A stretch of 64,000 nucleotides of DNA from Phyllobacterium sp. (GCA_043717855.1 JAYSWX010000118.1:605-64604); one strand, 5' to 3'. Shown: positions 40,794-52,302, counted from the first letter of the stretch. Numbers and translations are program-made. The notes: generated from the letters alone by a model not told the origin.

Positions 40794-42194
40794 TCAGCAC
40801 TCTACAACATTGACAGCCAGCCCGCCTAAACTTGTTTCCTTGTAGTGCTCGTGCATGTCTCTGCCCGTTTGGCGCATGGTTTCTATGACTTGATCCAGCG
40901 AGACAAAATGCGAGCCGTCGCCCTTGAGTGCTAGCGAGGCGGCCGTGACAGCTTTCACCGCGCCTATGGCATTGCGCTCAATGCACGGCACCTGCACGAG
41001 GCCGCCGATGGGATCGCACGTCATGCCCAAATGATGCTCCATGGCGATTTCTGCGGCGTTCTCAATTTGCTCTGATGTGCCGCCCAAGGCAGCCGCGAGC
41101 CCAGCGGCAGCCATTGCTGAGGCAGAACCAACCTCGCCCTGACAGCCCACTTCCGCGCCGGAAATGGAGGCATTGGTCTTCAAAAGACCACCAATGGCGG
41201 CAGCTGTGAGTAAAAAATTGCGGATGCCTTCATGGTCATTGGCGTCGTGAAAACGTAGATAATATTTCAAGACGGCAGGTATTACGCCCGCTGCACCATT
41301 GGTTGGCGCGGTGACAATGCGCCCGCCAGATGCGTTTTCTTCGTTCACCGCCATGGCGTAGACCGACAGCCAATCATTGGCGATGAGCGGGTTTGGCACG
41401 TTAGTGCCCCAATCGGCGTTGAGCTTGTCATGGATCGCCTGCGCCCGTCGCTTTACTTTCAAGCCGCCCGGCATTATGCCGCCGCGTGAAAGGCCACGAT
41501 GGATGCAATCATCCATCGTTTGCCAGATGCGATCCATGCGTTGGTCTAGTTCCTCGCGCGGCATTTGTGTTTCTTCGTTCACACGCTTCATATCGGCGAT
41601 GGAAAGACCACTCTTATTTGCCATGTGTAGCATCTCATTGGCGTTCTTGAACGGATAAGGGACGTTTGGACCCTGTTGAGCACCGGACTTGGATTTCGAA
41701 GCGGCAAGCTCATCGGCGCTGACAACAAAGCCGCCGCCAACGGAAAAATAGGCAATGCGCAAGAGTTGGCGTCCATCGCGGTCGAGGGCCATAAACGCCA
41801 TGCCATTGGCGTGGCCTGGCAATGGCGTTTTCTTGTCTAACACCATGTCGGTGGCTGGATCAAAGTTATAGGAAGGGTGTCCGGCAGGCTGGATGGTTTT
41901 CGTGCGTGTAACCGTCACCAGCAACTCTTCGGCGGCGTCCAAATCCACCGTTGCCGGAAGTTCGCCGCAGAGCCCGAGGATAACCGCGCGATCCGTAGCA
42001 TGACCAATGCCGGTATAAGCCAGCGAACCGTGCAAACTGACCTTGATTTGCGCTACCTTCGCGCCGAACGGGCGCGGCCAATCCCCATTCAAAATCTCAA
42101 TCAAAAAGCGCGATGCCGCAACCATCGGTCCCATTGTATGGGACGACGACGGACCGATACCAATTTTAAACAAGTCGAAAACTGAGAGAAACAT
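40794..42194 (-). CDS. sdaA: L-serine ammonia-lyase (iron-sulfur, single-chain)
   Basis: [21 protein letters not shown]-terminus and a C-terminal alpha domain ([15 protein letters not shown]). Confidence 0.92.
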   Translation of the reverse strand: MFLSVFDLFKIGIGPSSSHTMGPMVAASRFLIEILNGDWPRPFGAKVAQIKVSLHGSLAYTGIGHATDRAVILGLCGELPATVDLDAAEELLVTVTRTKTIQPAGHPSYNFDPATDMVLDKKTPLPGHANGMAFMALDRDGRQLLRIAYFSVGGGFVVSADELAASKSKSGAQQGPNVPYPFKNANEMLHMANKSGLSIADMKRVNEETQMPREELDQRMDRIWQTMDDCIHRGLSRGGIMPGGLKVKRRAQAIHDKLNADWGTNVPNPLIANDWLSVYAMAVNEENASGGRIVTAPTNGAAGVIPAVLKYYLRFHDANDHEGIRNFLLTAAAIGGLLKTNASISGAEVGCQGEVGSASAMAAAGLAAALGGTSEQIENAAEIAMEHHLGMTCDPIGGLVQVPCIERNAIGAVKAVTAASLALKGDGSHFVSLDQVIETMRQTGRDMHEHYKETSLGGLAVNVVEC

Positions 42195-42315
42195 ACAAAG
42201 TTCCTTGATTGCGCAGCCTATTGTGGTTCAAAGGGCAAAGAAATTCCAATCACGCCGCGACTGACGGTATGACAGGAACGACAGACCGTAACCATTCAAA
42301 ATTTGGAATTGGTCC

Positions 42316-43029
42316 ATGCAAAGTATTTATATATATTCCTGGCCTGACGGGTTCGCACTGGCGCTGTTCGCTCTGTGTTGGTTAGCTTATTCACTGGCCG
42401 TTGAGGGATATCTTACGTCTCGACCATCGCTGAATGGCTTGATGAATTACGAGCGGGGCCGCTGGATGAGTGTTATGACGACTCGCGAACTTCGCGTCAT
42501 CGACACCTCAATTATTTCAGGATTGCAACAAGGCACGGCATTTTTCGCCAGCACATCCGTTTTCGCAATTGGCGGTAGTTTTGCGCTTATCAATGCATCG
42601 GACCAGGTGCTGGGCGTATTCAGCCATTTGCCGGTCTCCTTGCCCTCATTACGCCCTATGTTCGAGGCTAAGTGCCTATTACTGCTATTGATTTATGCTT
42701 TTGCTTTTTTTAAATTCGGCTGGTCATACCGCTTGCAGAACTATTGCTCGATATTAGTTGGCGCAGTGCCTTTTGTGTCGGATGGGCAAGCACCAAGTGA
42801 TGATGCCAAACACGCGGCGTCCAAAGCACTTCGGTTCAATAACCTTGCCGGACGGCATTATAATTCCGGCCTTCGCTCCATATTCTTCTCAATTGGATTT
42901 ATGGGCTGGTTTGCTGGACCATATGTGTTTATGGGCTCAACTCTGTTTATTTCGACTGTGCTTGTGCGGCGGCAATTTTTCTCGCGCGCTCGCGGTGCGC
43001 TACTTGGAGATACCTATCATGGTGAGTGA
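42316..43029 (+). CDS. DUF599 family membrane protein
   Basis: Multi-TM protein with a RGRWMSVMTTRELRVIDT segment typical of DUF599 as recalled. Confidence 0.55.
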   Translation: MQSIYIYSWPDGFALALFALCWLAYSLAVEGYLTSRPSLNGLMNYERGRWMSVMTTRELRVIDTSIISGLQQGTAFFASTSVFAIGGSFALINASDQVLGVFSHLPVSLPSLRPMFEAKCLLLLLIYAFAFFKFGWSYRLQNYCSILVGAVPFVSDGQAPSDDAKHAASKALRFNNLAGRHYNSGLRSIFFSIGFMGWFAGPYVFMGSTLFISTVLVRRQFFSRARGALLGDTYHGE

Positions 43030-43285
43030 AGACCTCATTGACGAAACAATACTGAAACTCGCCCACAAGGCTGGCGTCGGCAAGCTTATCGCGCCGATGG
43101 AAGTGGCAGTCGCCATTGTCGGCAAGAATGAAAAAGAATGGCGTCTGATTATGAAATCCATCAAGATGGGCGTCATCCGGCAAGCAAGGCTGGATTTGGT
43201 TGAAATTTGGCGCAACAATCAAGTAGTGGAACTCGATGCTGTGCGCGGTCTTTATCGTTTCCGGCTGAAGGCGCAGGCAGAGTAG
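43019..43285 (+). CDS. DUF3253 domain protein
   Basis: 88-aa winged-helix-like protein (..ILKLAHKAGVGKLIAPMEVA......W..LM..I...A......VEI..N...V......RGLYRFRL). The ATG at 43019 overlaps the DUF599 gene end by 11 nt. Confidence 0.5.
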   Translation: MVSEDLIDETILKLAHKAGVGKLIAPMEVAVAIVGKNEKEWRLIMKSIKMGVIRQARLDLVEIWRNNQVVELDAVRGLYRFRLKAQAE

Positions 43286-43288
43286 GCA

Positions 43289-44461
43289 CTACATTGCCTT
43301 TGGAAGATAGCGCCACACGACAATTGCGGTAGCGGCTGTGAGGCATGAAAGCGCATAAAAAATGCCACCAAAGTTAAAGAATGTCAGCACGATGGCATAT
43401 ACCAGCGAAGGCAGCAGGTCTGAGAAATCCAAAAAAGTTCGATAGACGGATGTCATGGCTGGGCGGTCGCGCGCTTTTACGGCGCGAAGGTACGGCGTTG
43501 AGCCCATTCCATCCAGCGCGGATCCAAATATTGTACCCAAAATAAGAAATAGAGCAGTAAGCAGCGGATATTTATCACCTGTGGTTCCGGCCGCGATTAA
43601 GAAGCAGGTTAGCCCAACAAAACAAATCGTAATCGCGCGGCGCAGGCCGATGCGCTTGGCTACTCTCGCCCACAGAATTGTCGAAAAAAGCATTATATTT
43701 CCAATAGATAGGAATAGGCCGCCCGCCAGCTTACCCTGCCCCGTGGCAACCATCAAAATTGGACCATAAACGAAATAGGTGGTCCAAAAGGATGAACGGG
43801 CGAAGGCGATGAGCCATGCAAGGCGAAGCCTCGGCTGCCGGAAAAATCTCACAAAATTCTTGAGCGGATTAACGGGCGGTTGCATGGCTGGCTTGATAGA
43901 TGCGTTATCGCCCAGTCTGAAATACCAGAACAGGCAAAACAATAATCCGGTAACGCAAATCGCCGTGCCGTGGACGGCCCACAGACCATATTGCATATAG
44001 AGCCAACCGCCCGCCACAGGCCCCAAAGTCCAAGCAAAAGTGGAGGATGCCATGCGCAGCGATTCTGAGCGGATAAGCTGCGTCTTGGGCACATTATCCA
44101 TGATGTAGAGTGACAAAACGATGGAAACGCAGCTATTTGCCACCACGCGCAGGAACATGCCTGCGATTTGGCCCTCCAACGTATGAGTGGCAAGGGCGAA
44201 TGAGGCTAACGCGAAGCCGATCACACCCAGCGAGTAAACGCGACGCCGCGCGATCCAGCCAATCAACATGGGCACCAGAAGCGTCCCCATCAGGCTGGCG
44301 ATGGATACACAGGTATAAAGCACGCTGACTATTTGCTCATCCTTCAGCAATTCATAGGCTGTGATTGGAACAATACTGGAAACCAAAGCGCGGATTGTGG
44401 ATTCGAGCGTATAAAGTGTGGCAAACACACGGGCGCCTTGGTTTTTCGGATTGGTCTGCAT
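43289..44461 (-). CDS. MFS transporter
   Basis: 12-TM-like hydrophobic profile with a basic loop between TM2 and TM3 (GWIARRRVY). ATG at 44461 chosen. Confidence 0.7.
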   Translation of the reverse strand: MQTNPKNQGARVFATLYTLESTIRALVSSIVPITAYELLKDEQIVSVLYTCVSIASLMGTLLVPMLIGWIARRRVYSLGVIGFALASFALATHTLEGQIAGMFLRVVANSCVSIVLSLYIMDNVPKTQLIRSESLRMASSTFAWTLGPVAGGWLYMQYGLWAVHGTAICVTGLLFCLFWYFRLGDNASIKPAMQPPVNPLKNFVRFFRQPRLRLAWLIAFARSSFWTTYFVYGPILMVATGQGKLAGGLFLSIGNIMLFSTILWARVAKRIGLRRAITICFVGLTCFLIAAGTTGDKYPLLTALFLILGTIFGSALDGMGSTPYLRAVKARDRPAMTSVYRTFLDFSDLLPSLVYAIVLTFFNFGGIFYALSCLTAATAIVVWRYLPKAM

Positions 44462-44616
44462 GTCAGATCCGCACGATTCTAAAGATAGAATGTTGCACGG
44501 CCAAAGGGTCAACCCCGTTGACGTTACGACCCGCTGGCGTCGCTTCAAAGTTAGTTCTGCTTTACGTATCGCTATCCTTATGTCAGCACATTGGCAAAAT
44601 GCTTAGGAAACTCGCT

Positions 44617-45129
44617 ATGAAGAACCATTATCGCATGTTTGCCGCCTATAATGCGTGGGCAAACCGCGCTTTATATGACGCTATCGCTAATCTGGCGGAC
44701 GAGGACTATCGCTTGGATCGCGGAGCATTTTTTAAGTCTATCCATGGTACACTTAACCATATTTTGGTGGCTGATAGGATTTGGATGAAGCGATTTACCT
44801 CTGAGGGCGACGCGCCAAATCGCTTGGACATTATACTCTATGATGATTTTTCACTGCTCAAAGTGGCCCGAGAAGCGGAAGATGCCCGAATTATCACGTG
44901 GATAGACGACTTGACGCCGGAGGCATTTGCCGGGCGTTTCACCTTTACCACCATTTCGGACATGCGCACCGTCAGCCAGCGACTGGCACCCACTTTGGCG
45001 CATTTTTTCAATCACCAAACACATCATCGCGGGCAGACCCATACACTGTTGACGGGCTTTGGTGAAAGTGCGCCCGCGCTGGATTTGGTGTATTTCCAGC
45101 GCAGCGAGGACGGAAGGCAATTTGCTTGA
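44617..45129 (+). CDS. DinB-family (four-helix-bundle metalloenzyme-like) protein
   Basis: YNAWANRALYDAI..L.....R.AFFKSIHGTLNHILVADRIWM and C-terminal HQTHHRGQ. ATG at 44617 with an AGGAAA RBS. Confidence 0.7.
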   Translation: MKNHYRMFAAYNAWANRALYDAIANLADEDYRLDRGAFFKSIHGTLNHILVADRIWMKRFTSEGDAPNRLDIILYDDFSLLKVAREAEDARIITWIDDLTPEAFAGRFTFTTISDMRTVSQRLAPTLAHFFNHQTHHRGQTHTLLTGFGESAPALDLVYFQRSEDGRQFA

Positions 45130-45189
45130 TTTGGCGTTATTGACGAGGTTTCCCTTGCAAAACGAACTTCTGTCAGCCAAAAGCCGCGC

Positions 45190-47070
45190 ATGTTACAAAT
45201 TTCCGATCTTTCGCTGCGGATCGCGGGCAGGCTTTTGCTCGATCACGCAAATTTAACGCTCCCTGAAGGCACGCACGCCGGGCTTGTGGGGCGCAATGGT
45301 ACGGGCAAAACAACGCTTTTTAAGGCAATTACCGGTGATTTGGCCTCAGAGACCGGTTCGACATCGCTGCCGCGAGGTTTGAAAATTGGGCAGGTTGCGC
45401 AAGAAGCACCAGCCACTGAGCAGTCACTTTTGGAAATTGTGCTGGAAGCGGATACCGAGCGCTCGGCCCTAATGGCTGAGGCGGAAACGGCGACGGACCC
45501 CAATCGCATCTCGGAAATCTACATTCGCCTGTCAGATATCGATGCTTATTCAGCGGAATCGCGCGCGGGTGCTATTTTGTCCGGGCTTGGTTTTGATGCC
45601 GAAGCGCAGCTGCGCCCTGCCTCTAGCTTCTCGGGCGGATGGCGTATGCGCGTGGCGCTGGCGGCTGTGTTGTTTGCCGAGCCTGATCTATTACTGCTAG
45701 ATGAGCCAACCAACTATCTCGATTTGGAAGGAACACTGTGGTTAGAAACTTATGTGGCGAAATATCCGCATACAGTTTTGATGATTAGCCATGATCGCGA
45801 CCTTTTAAATAAGGCCGTTAATTCTATCGTACATTTGGAAAATCAGAAACTAACCTTATACAAGGGCGGTTACGACCAATTTGAACGGCAGCGTGCTGAA
45901 AATATGATGCTGCACAACAAATCTGTTGTGAAGCAAGATGCACATCGCAAGCACATGGAAGCGTTTGTGGCGCGATTTAAGGCCAAGGCCTCGAAGGCGC
46001 GGCAAGCACAGTCACGCATTAAGGCGCTTGAAAAATTGCAGCCTATTGCCATGCTTACGGAAACCAGCGCGACGCCCTTCCGCTTTCCGGAACCGCTCAA
46101 AGAGGCCGCCTCGCCGATTATTGCGATGTACGATATATCGACCGGTTACGACAAAAGTCACCCGATTTTGAAGAAGCTGGACCTGCGCATTGACCATGAT
46201 GACCGCATTGCTTTGCTCGGTTCGAACGGTAACGGAAAGTCCACTTTTGCCAAGTTGATTGCCAAAAGACTTGCGCCATTTGGCGGCACTTCGACGACGG
46301 CACCTGGACTTAAGGTTGCATTTTTTGCGCAACACCAAATGGATGACCTGATACCGGAAGACAATGCGATAGACCATGTGCGCAAGCTGATGGGCGATGC
46401 GCCTGAGGCCAAGGTGCGGGCGAAAGTTGCGTCAATGGGACTGGCAACAGCCAAGATGAACACACCTGCCAAGGATTTGTCAGGTGGCGAAAAAGCACGT
46501 CTTTTGATGGGCTTAGCGGCGTTTGATGGACCAAATTTGCTCATTCTCGATGAGCCGACGAACCATCTTGATATCGACAGCCGCGAGGCGTTGGTGGAAG
46601 CGCTAAATGAGTTTCCGGGTGCTGTGATTTTGATTTCCCATGATCGCCATCTGGTTGAAGCGACGGTGGACCGCCTTTGGCTAGTGCGCAATGGCGGCGT
46701 TGAGAATTTTGACGGCGATTTGGATGACTATAAGGCAATGATCTTGTCTGGTGAGATTTCCGGAACGCAGGGTCAGCGCGATAAACGTGAGCAGCCTAAG
46801 CTGAACAAGGCGGACGCCCGCAAACTTGCGGCGCAGCGCCGGATTGACTATGCGCCACTGGCTAAAAAGGTCAAAGACGCCGAGGGCTTAATAGATAAGC
46901 ACCATCGGGCCGTTGAGCTGATAGAGGGCTCTTTGACAAAGCCAGGACTTGATGCCGCTAAGATGATGCAACTTGGCAAAGAGCGCACGGATGCACAAAA
47001 TCAAAAAGCACTTGCGGAAGAAAACTGGCTGAAATTATCAGAAGAATACGAAGCTAAAATGAACGCTTAA
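45190..47070 (+). CDS. ABC-F family ATPase (Uup/YheS-like, two ABC domains plus a C-terminal coiled coil)
   Basis: Two Walker A motifs (GRNGTGKTT, GSNGNGKST), two LSGG signatures and no TM domain. Confidence 0.88.
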   Translation: MLQISDLSLRIAGRLLLDHANLTLPEGTHAGLVGRNGTGKTTLFKAITGDLASETGSTSLPRGLKIGQVAQEAPATEQSLLEIVLEADTERSALMAEAETATDPNRISEIYIRLSDIDAYSAESRAGAILSGLGFDAEAQLRPASSFSGGWRMRVALAAVLFAEPDLLLLDEPTNYLDLEGTLWLETYVAKYPHTVLMISHDRDLLNKAVNSIVHLENQKLTLYKGGYDQFERQRAENMMLHNKSVVKQDAHRKHMEAFVARFKAKASKARQAQSRIKALEKLQPIAMLTETSATPFRFPEPLKEAASPIIAMYDISTGYDKSHPILKKLDLRIDHDDRIALLGSNGNGKSTFAKLIAKRLAPFGGTSTTAPGLKVAFFAQHQMDDLIPEDNAIDHVRKLMGDAPEAKVRAKVASMGLATAKMNTPAKDLSGGEKARLLMGLAAFDGPNLLILDEPTNHLDIDSREALVEALNEFPGAVILISHDRHLVEATVDRLWLVRNGGVENFDGDLDDYKAMILSGEISGTQGQRDKREQPKLNKADARKLAAQRRIDYAPLAKKVKDAEGLIDKHHRAVELIEGSLTKPGLDAAKMMQLGKERTDAQNQKALAEENWLKLSEEYEAKMNA

Positions 47071-47176
47071 AGCTGGGCAGGAAGTGGTCGGCAAACGGTC
47101 GAAGAACGCACGAAGATGATACGCGAAGTGCGCCGAGTTAATACGAGGGCTGTGGACAGACATGATCAAAGCAAAA

Positions 47177-47776
47177 CTAGTCGGCATCCCTGCCCCATTT
47201 GGGTTTTGCGGTGTCGGCATCTTCAGGTGCTGACGAGCGTTGCCTCCTTATCATACCTAGCAATCCAAGTGCGAACAGGCCGATGCCTGCGGGTATTGCT
47301 CGCGGGTCTATTTCCTCGACATTTCCCTTGAGGACGAGATCAACTGTCTTTAGTGTCAAGCCCTCAAAGCCACCGCGCTCGAGCGTAAAGTGATACTGGC
47401 CAGCAGCGATGTTTGTGAGTTCACCTGCTGTGTCTCTGAATATTTTTTCGGAGCGTTGCAAACCGCGTGCATCAGCTATGCCCGCCGCAAAATTCAAATT
47501 TTTATCCATCACTGTCTGGCCAGACGTTGTGGCGGTTAGATGTAATAGGGATTGAGCGTCATCAGGATAAGTCTGCATGATTGGCATCATATCGACAAAT
47601 ACGCGCACAGGCGCTTCGTCTGGTGTTAGGATAACATCAATAGACTTGAAACCGCTCGATCTTTGAAATACCCGAAACGTTCCTATGTCATTTCCAGACC
47701 TGTTGTGGATGTACCAAGGATAGGCGACGCCAAGACCAATTCCACTCAACATCAAAAACAATAAAATACCACGCAA
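47177..47776 (-). CDS. Hypothetical bitopic membrane protein
   Basis: N-terminal and C-terminal hydrophobic helices flank a ~150-aa domain. TTG start (uncertain). It follows holC on the same strand. Confidence 0.45.
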   Translation of the reverse strand: MRGILLFLMLSGIGLGVAYPWYIHNRSGNDIGTFRVFQRSSGFKSIDVILTPDEAPVRVFVDMMPIMQTYPDDAQSLLHLTATTSGQTVMDKNLNFAAGIADARGLQRSEKIFRDTAGELTNIAAGQYHFTLERGGFEGLTLKTVDLVLKGNVEEIDPRAIPAGIGLFALGLLGMIRRQRSSAPEDADTAKPKWGRDAD

Positions 47777-47814
47777 GATTTAGTGCCTTTCAAAATTGTC
47801 GATTGAGAGAAAGC

Positions 47815-48264
47815 TCACGCTTTTTTCTCCCACCGCTTTTCGGCATTTTGCTGCCAATAGGTGAGTTGGTGGCCTGCTGCCTTCAAGGTTTTCCATTGTG
47901 AGCGGGCATCTTCCATTTGGACCTCGTCATGTCCATCGAACATGAAAATGCCGCGCACATAGCCATCCAAGGCCGGCGGCACCGCGCCATCGACAAGGAA
48001 GCGGACTTGAGCACCGTTGATGTTTTCAGGACCGGTGGTGAGCACAATCGGAGTCTGAGCGGCTTGATCCTCATGATCGCATCCATGAGCCAAAAAGCTC
48101 TCTTCAGAATAGGTCCACAAATGCGCATCAAGCGCATCGCGCCGCTCTTCGGTTCCGGTCTGCACCACCACGTTCCACCCGCGTGCGAGCGAGCGTTCGA
48201 GCAGGCCCGGCAGCGCGTCTTCTAATTTGGATTCTGTGAGGTGATAGAACAGGACTTCGGTCAC
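47815..48264 (-). CDS. holC: DNA polymerase III subunit chi
   Basis: VLFYHLT......LP.LLE..L..GW.V.V.......R...LD..LWTY....FL.HG pattern; the pepA-holC context is conserved. Confidence 0.85.
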   Translation of the reverse strand: MTEVLFYHLTESKLEDALPGLLERSLARGWNVVVQTGTEERRDALDAHLWTYSEESFLAHGCDHEDQAAQTPIVLTTGPENINGAQVRFLVDGAVPPALDGYVRGIFMFDGHDEVQMEDARSQWKTLKAAGHQLTYWQQNAEKRWEKKA

Positions 48265-48267
48265 ACC

Positions 48268-49764
48268 TTAGCCCTCATAGTAGCTGGCAACCAGCCTGTC
48301 GAGTAAGCGCACGCCATAGCCAGAGGCCCATCCGGCATTAATCTCGCTTGACGGCGAGCCCATTGCAGTGCCTGCAATATCCAAGTGGGCCCATTTGGTA
48401 TCGCCAACAAAGCGTTGCAAGAATTGCGCGGCGGTGATGGAACCGGCGTAGCGACCGCCGATATTTTTCACATCAGCATTGGTTGAATCAATCAGCTTGT
48501 CATATTCCGGCCCCATCGGCATACGCCAAAGGCGCTCGCCAGTGGCAATCCCCGCTTCTGTCAGGCGCGTGGAAAGTTCGTCATTGTTGGAAAACAGACC
48601 AGCATGAACATTGCCGAGAGCGACGAGAATTGCGCCGGTAAGGGTAGCAAGATTGACCATAAATTCCGGCTCGAACTTTGTCCGGCAATAGTGAAGCGCA
48701 TCAGCCAGAACCAAGCGCCCTTCGGCGTCGGTATTCAAAACCTCGATTGTAGTGCCAGACATGGCGGTAACGATATCGCCCGGGCGCTGCGCGTTGGCAT
48801 CCACCATGTTTTCAACAAGGCCGATGATGCCGACGACATTGGCTTTGGCTTTACGCGCGGCTAGAACGTACATCAGTCCGGTGACGGCAGCCGCGCCGCC
48901 CATATCGCCCTTCATATCTTCCATGCCGGCCGCTGGCTTGATGGAAATACCACCGGAATCAAACACCACGCCTTTGCCGATAAACGCGATTGGCCTCACT
49001 TTGCCCTTGCCGCCATTCCACTTCATGATAACCATGCGCGGCGGGCGCACGGAGCCTTGCGCCACGCCAAGCAGTGCGCCCATGCCGAGCTTTTTCATTT
49101 CCTTTTCGCCGAGGATTTCGACGTCGACGCCAAGCTTTTCCAGCTCTTTGGCTTTGGCTGCAAATTCTAATGTGCCCAGTATATTGGCTGGCTCATTGAC
49201 CAAATCGCGGGCATTGATAACACCTTGATATACGGCCTCGCGCTGGGTGAATGCTTTTTTGGCGGCAGCAGGATCCGCAACGATAATTGTCACTTTCGTG
49301 GCGACTTTTGGTTCAGGCTTTTCGTCCTTTTTGTCGTCTTTTTTGGTTTTGTATTTATCGAAGGAATAGGCGCGAAGGAGCAAACCGAGAGCGAAATCTG
49401 CTGCATTCTCCGCCGAAACTGTCGATTCGGGCAAATCGAGTAGCACTGAAACTGAGCCCAGCGTTCCTAGTTTTCCGCCAACTGTTCCGCCCAATTTCAG
49501 CCAAGCATTTTCATCCAGCTTATCGAGCGCGCCAGTGCCCACCACGTGCAAACGATCCAATCCTGTGCCTTCAGGCACCAGCACTTCGATGGACGATGCC
49601 ATCTTGCCTTTGAACTCGGCAGACATGATAGCCCGATCCAAGGATGAGCCTGCGTGTTCACGGGCAGTCGCGCTTTGGCCATTTTTGTCAGTTGAAAGAA
49701 TAAAGAGCGTTCCGCTTGTGATTTCACTTGGTTTGGAAAAGGCGATTGTTGGCTTCAAAGACAT
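48268..49764 (-). CDS. pepA: Leucyl aminopeptidase (M17)
   Basis: M17 signature NTDAEGRL and [11 protein letters not shown]. Start ambiguous (49764, 49776 or 49812). Confidence 0.92.
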   Translation of the reverse strand: MSLKPTIAFSKPSEITSGTLFILSTDKNGQSATAREHAGSSLDRAIMSAEFKGKMASSIEVLVPEGTGLDRLHVVGTGALDKLDENAWLKLGGTVGGKLGTLGSVSVLLDLPESTVSAENAADFALGLLLRAYSFDKYKTKKDDKKDEKPEPKVATKVTIIVADPAAAKKAFTQREAVYQGVINARDLVNEPANILGTLEFAAKAKELEKLGVDVEILGEKEMKKLGMGALLGVAQGSVRPPRMVIMKWNGGKGKVRPIAFIGKGVVFDSGGISIKPAAGMEDMKGDMGGAAAVTGLMYVLAARKAKANVVGIIGLVENMVDANAQRPGDIVTAMSGTTIEVLNTDAEGRLVLADALHYCRTKFEPEFMVNLATLTGAILVALGNVHAGLFSNNDELSTRLTEAGIATGERLWRMPMGPEYDKLIDSTNADVKNIGGRYAGSITAAQFLQRFVGDTKWAHLDIAGTAMGSPSSEINAGWASGYGVRLLDRLVASYYEG

Positions 49765-50008
49765 GGGAGATTCCATTTTGGGATAAGTGTTGATATTGAT
49801 GTTTCCAGACATTTCAACGCATTTGCAAGCAGTGTATTGAAAGTCTCTCTATGTTTGCTTTCCATTAACCTTGTTTATTGGGTTGGTGTTAGCCAAGTTC
49901 AATTAAGATTTGAGCTATACGCAGCCTTGCGCTAAGCGGCGTGACCTGTGACAGCGTCGCGTACCGGCAAAATATCTGGTGCTTTAATATTGGAATTAAA
50001 GACGGCCC

Positions 50009-51217
50009 ATGAAGGTTCTTGAACGCTACATTTTAACCCGTGTGCTTGCGCAAGCAGCTGGCGCAACTGCGGCCACTTTAGGAATTGTGTGGACTGTTCA
50101 AGCACTTACCAAAGTCAACCTGGTTACAAATACCGGCCAGTCGATTGGTTCGTTTCTATTACTTGCCACATTGTTGCTTCCGGCGATTGTTTCCGTGGTG
50201 ATGCCGTTTGCGATTTTGGTTAGCACTACGCAGACGCTGAACACGATGAATATGGATAGTGAGCTGCCCGTTATTCATGCGGCAGGGGCGCCGAAAATGG
50301 TGGTGTATAAGCCGATCATGATCGTGGCTGCACTGGCAGCATTGATTACGATCTTTGTCGGCAACTTTGTTGAGCCTTACGCACGGCAAGCCGCGCGCAA
50401 TCTGGTTGCTGAGGCGCGAGCGGACCTATTGTCTATTGTCATTCAGGAGGGCTCGTTCAAAGAGATTGATAAAAATGTATTTATGCAAGTGGGGAAGCGA
50501 CTTCCCGGCGGCTTACTTGGAGCTTTGTTTATTGCAGATTCGCGCGATCCCAAGACCGATTTGATCTACTACGCCCGTGAAGGCGCGGTGGTAAAGCAGG
50601 ATAGCAGCAATTTGCTTTTGATGAAGGATGGCGAAATCCATCGCAAGTCGACCGAAAACGGTCAGATTTCTATTATTCGTTTTTCATCCTATGCTTTTGA
50701 TTTATCTGAGTTTACTGCCGCTAACGCAAAACCGTTTTTGTATCCAAAAGATCAGACAACCGCCTACCTGCTATCACCTGATCCTAACGACAAGACTTTT
50801 CAAAAAACGCCGCTGTTCTTCTTTGCGGAATTGCACCGACGCTTTACGGAGTGGCTCTATCCGTTTGTGTTTGCGCTCATTGCCATTGGGGCGTGCGGTG
50901 GTGCGCGCTCACATCGGCAGTCGTCCTTGACACTGATGTTGAACGCCGTCGCGTTTGCATTTATATTGCGTTGGTTCGGGCTTGCTGCCGAAAATTATGC
51001 GGAAAATACCAAATATGCAGTGCCGTTCATCTATATCGTGCCTTTGATAGGCATTCTACTGCCAGTGTGGCTATCCGTGCGCAACAAAGCAATTGCCCTG
51101 CCCGCGCACTATTATGACTGGTTTGAAAATAGTATGTCGAAATTCAGCGCACGGCAGGACCGGATGAAAATTTGGTTTGCGGGCCTGCGCAACCGAAATC
51201 AAGGAGCTTCATCATGA
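50009..51217 (+). CDS. lptF: LPS export ABC transporter permease LptF
   Basis: YjgP/YjgQ-type N-terminus (LERYIL...) followed by lptG and lptD. Confidence 0.85.
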   Translation: MKVLERYILTRVLAQAAGATAATLGIVWTVQALTKVNLVTNTGQSIGSFLLLATLLLPAIVSVVMPFAILVSTTQTLNTMNMDSELPVIHAAGAPKMVVYKPIMIVAALAALITIFVGNFVEPYARQAARNLVAEARADLLSIVIQEGSFKEIDKNVFMQVGKRLPGGLLGALFIADSRDPKTDLIYYAREGAVVKQDSSNLLLMKDGEIHRKSTENGQISIIRFSSYAFDLSEFTAANAKPFLYPKDQTTAYLLSPDPNDKTFQKTPLFFFAELHRRFTEWLYPFVFALIAIGACGGARSHRQSSLTLMLNAVAFAFILRWFGLAAENYAENTKYAVPFIYIVPLIGILLPVWLSVRNKAIALPAHYYDWFENSMSKFSARQDRMKIWFAGLRNRNQGASS

Positions 51218-52302
51218 TCGGATGGACCCTCGGGCGCTATTTCTTCAGCCGGTATCTTATCACGACCTTTTACTTTCTGGTCGGGATAACCGGGCTGATA
51301 TTTATCACGGACTTTACGCAGCTCAATTCTCGATTGTCAGGATATACTAATTATACCGTGCTGCTTGGCCTTGGCATCGCAGGATTGAGGGTTTTGCGCA
51401 TATTGCAACAGACGATCCCTTTTGTAGGGTTGTTCGCCAGTATGGCGCTGCTCGTGCAGCTTAATCGTAAATATGAGCTGGTGATTGCACGTGCTGCGGG
51501 GCTCTCCGCGTGGCAATTTTTGACACCTATCTGTGTTGGCGCCTTCGCGTTCGGCCTTGCGACAATATTGATTATCAATCCGTTTGCTGCGCGATGCTTT
51601 GAGTTATCTGAGGAATACCAAGCTTCGCTCGGAGCCAGTGTAGTACCAGCATCATCGGCACTGGTATCACCTTGGCTTCGCCAAAGTGAGGCCGACGGCG
51701 ATGTGATTATCGGGGCCAAAGCAGTGCTGAAAGGTGGCACGCTTTTGATGTCGCCAGTGTTCTTTATCATGAGTAAAGATGACACGATTAGCAGCCGAAT
51801 CGATGCGAGAAGCGCTGAACTCAGGGCGCAGGCTTGGCATTTGACATTTGCGGTCGTCTCCGGGCCGGGAGTTCCTAGCACAGCGCCAAGGGATATGAAT
51901 ATTGCGACCAATTTGACACCGGAACTAGTGCAAGAAAGGTTGCAAGATCCTGAAATGATTCCTTTTTTAGAGTTGCCACAAAAAATTGCCGTGGCGCAGG
52001 CGCTTGGCTATCAAGCCGATAGTTTTGCGATGCAATACTACTCTGTGATGGCGCTTCCTGCACTTTTGGTGGTGATGACTATCATTGCATCTACCGTAAC
52101 TCTAAAATTCGTGCGTTTCGGGCAGTCGGCAACTATGATTGTGGGTGGCATCCTGGCGGGGTTCATGCTTTATGTCGTCACAGTTTTGGTAAAAGCATTT
52201 GGTGGCGCGGGGATTGTGTCACCGGTAATAGCGGCTTGGTTTCCAGTCGGGTTAGCCTTTCTATTCGGTGTATCCTTTCTGTTGAACAAGGAGGACGGTT
52301 AG
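51214..52302 (+). CDS. lptG: LPS export ABC transporter permease LptG
   Basis: YjgP/YjgQ family. ATGA overlap with the lptF stop; ATG at 51214 (MIGWTLGRYF). Confidence 0.85.
   Translation: MIGWTLGRYFFSRYLITTFYFLVGITGLIFITDFTQLNSRLSGYTNYTVLLGLGIAGLRVLRILQQTIPFVGLFASMALLVQLNRKYELVIARAAGLSAWQFLTPICVGAFAFGLATILIINPFAARCFELSEEYQASLGASVVPASSALVSPWLRQSEADGDVIIGAKAVLKGGTLLMSPVFFIMSKDDTISSRIDARSAELRAQAWHLTFAVVSGPGVPSTAPRDMNIATNLTPELVQERLQDPEMIPFLELPQKIAVAQALGYQADSFAMQYYSVMALPALLVVMTIIASTVTLKFVRFGQSATMIVGGILAGFMLYVVTVLVKAFGGAGIVSPVIAAWFPVGLAFLFGVSFLLNKEDG

Noticed and set aside
44617-45129. Whether the DinB-family gene marks SOS or translesion synthesis function
   Set aside because: It belongs to the small four-helix-bundle DinB/YfiT-like family, not DNA polymerase IV. 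I saw no LexA box upstream.
49865-49999. CtrA-box-like TTAA repeats in the pepA/lptF divergent promoter region
   Set aside because: One candidate is TTAA-N7-TATT, so its second half-site is wrong. The other is TTAA-N8-TTAA, so its spacing is wrong. Neither fits TTAA-N7-TTAA.
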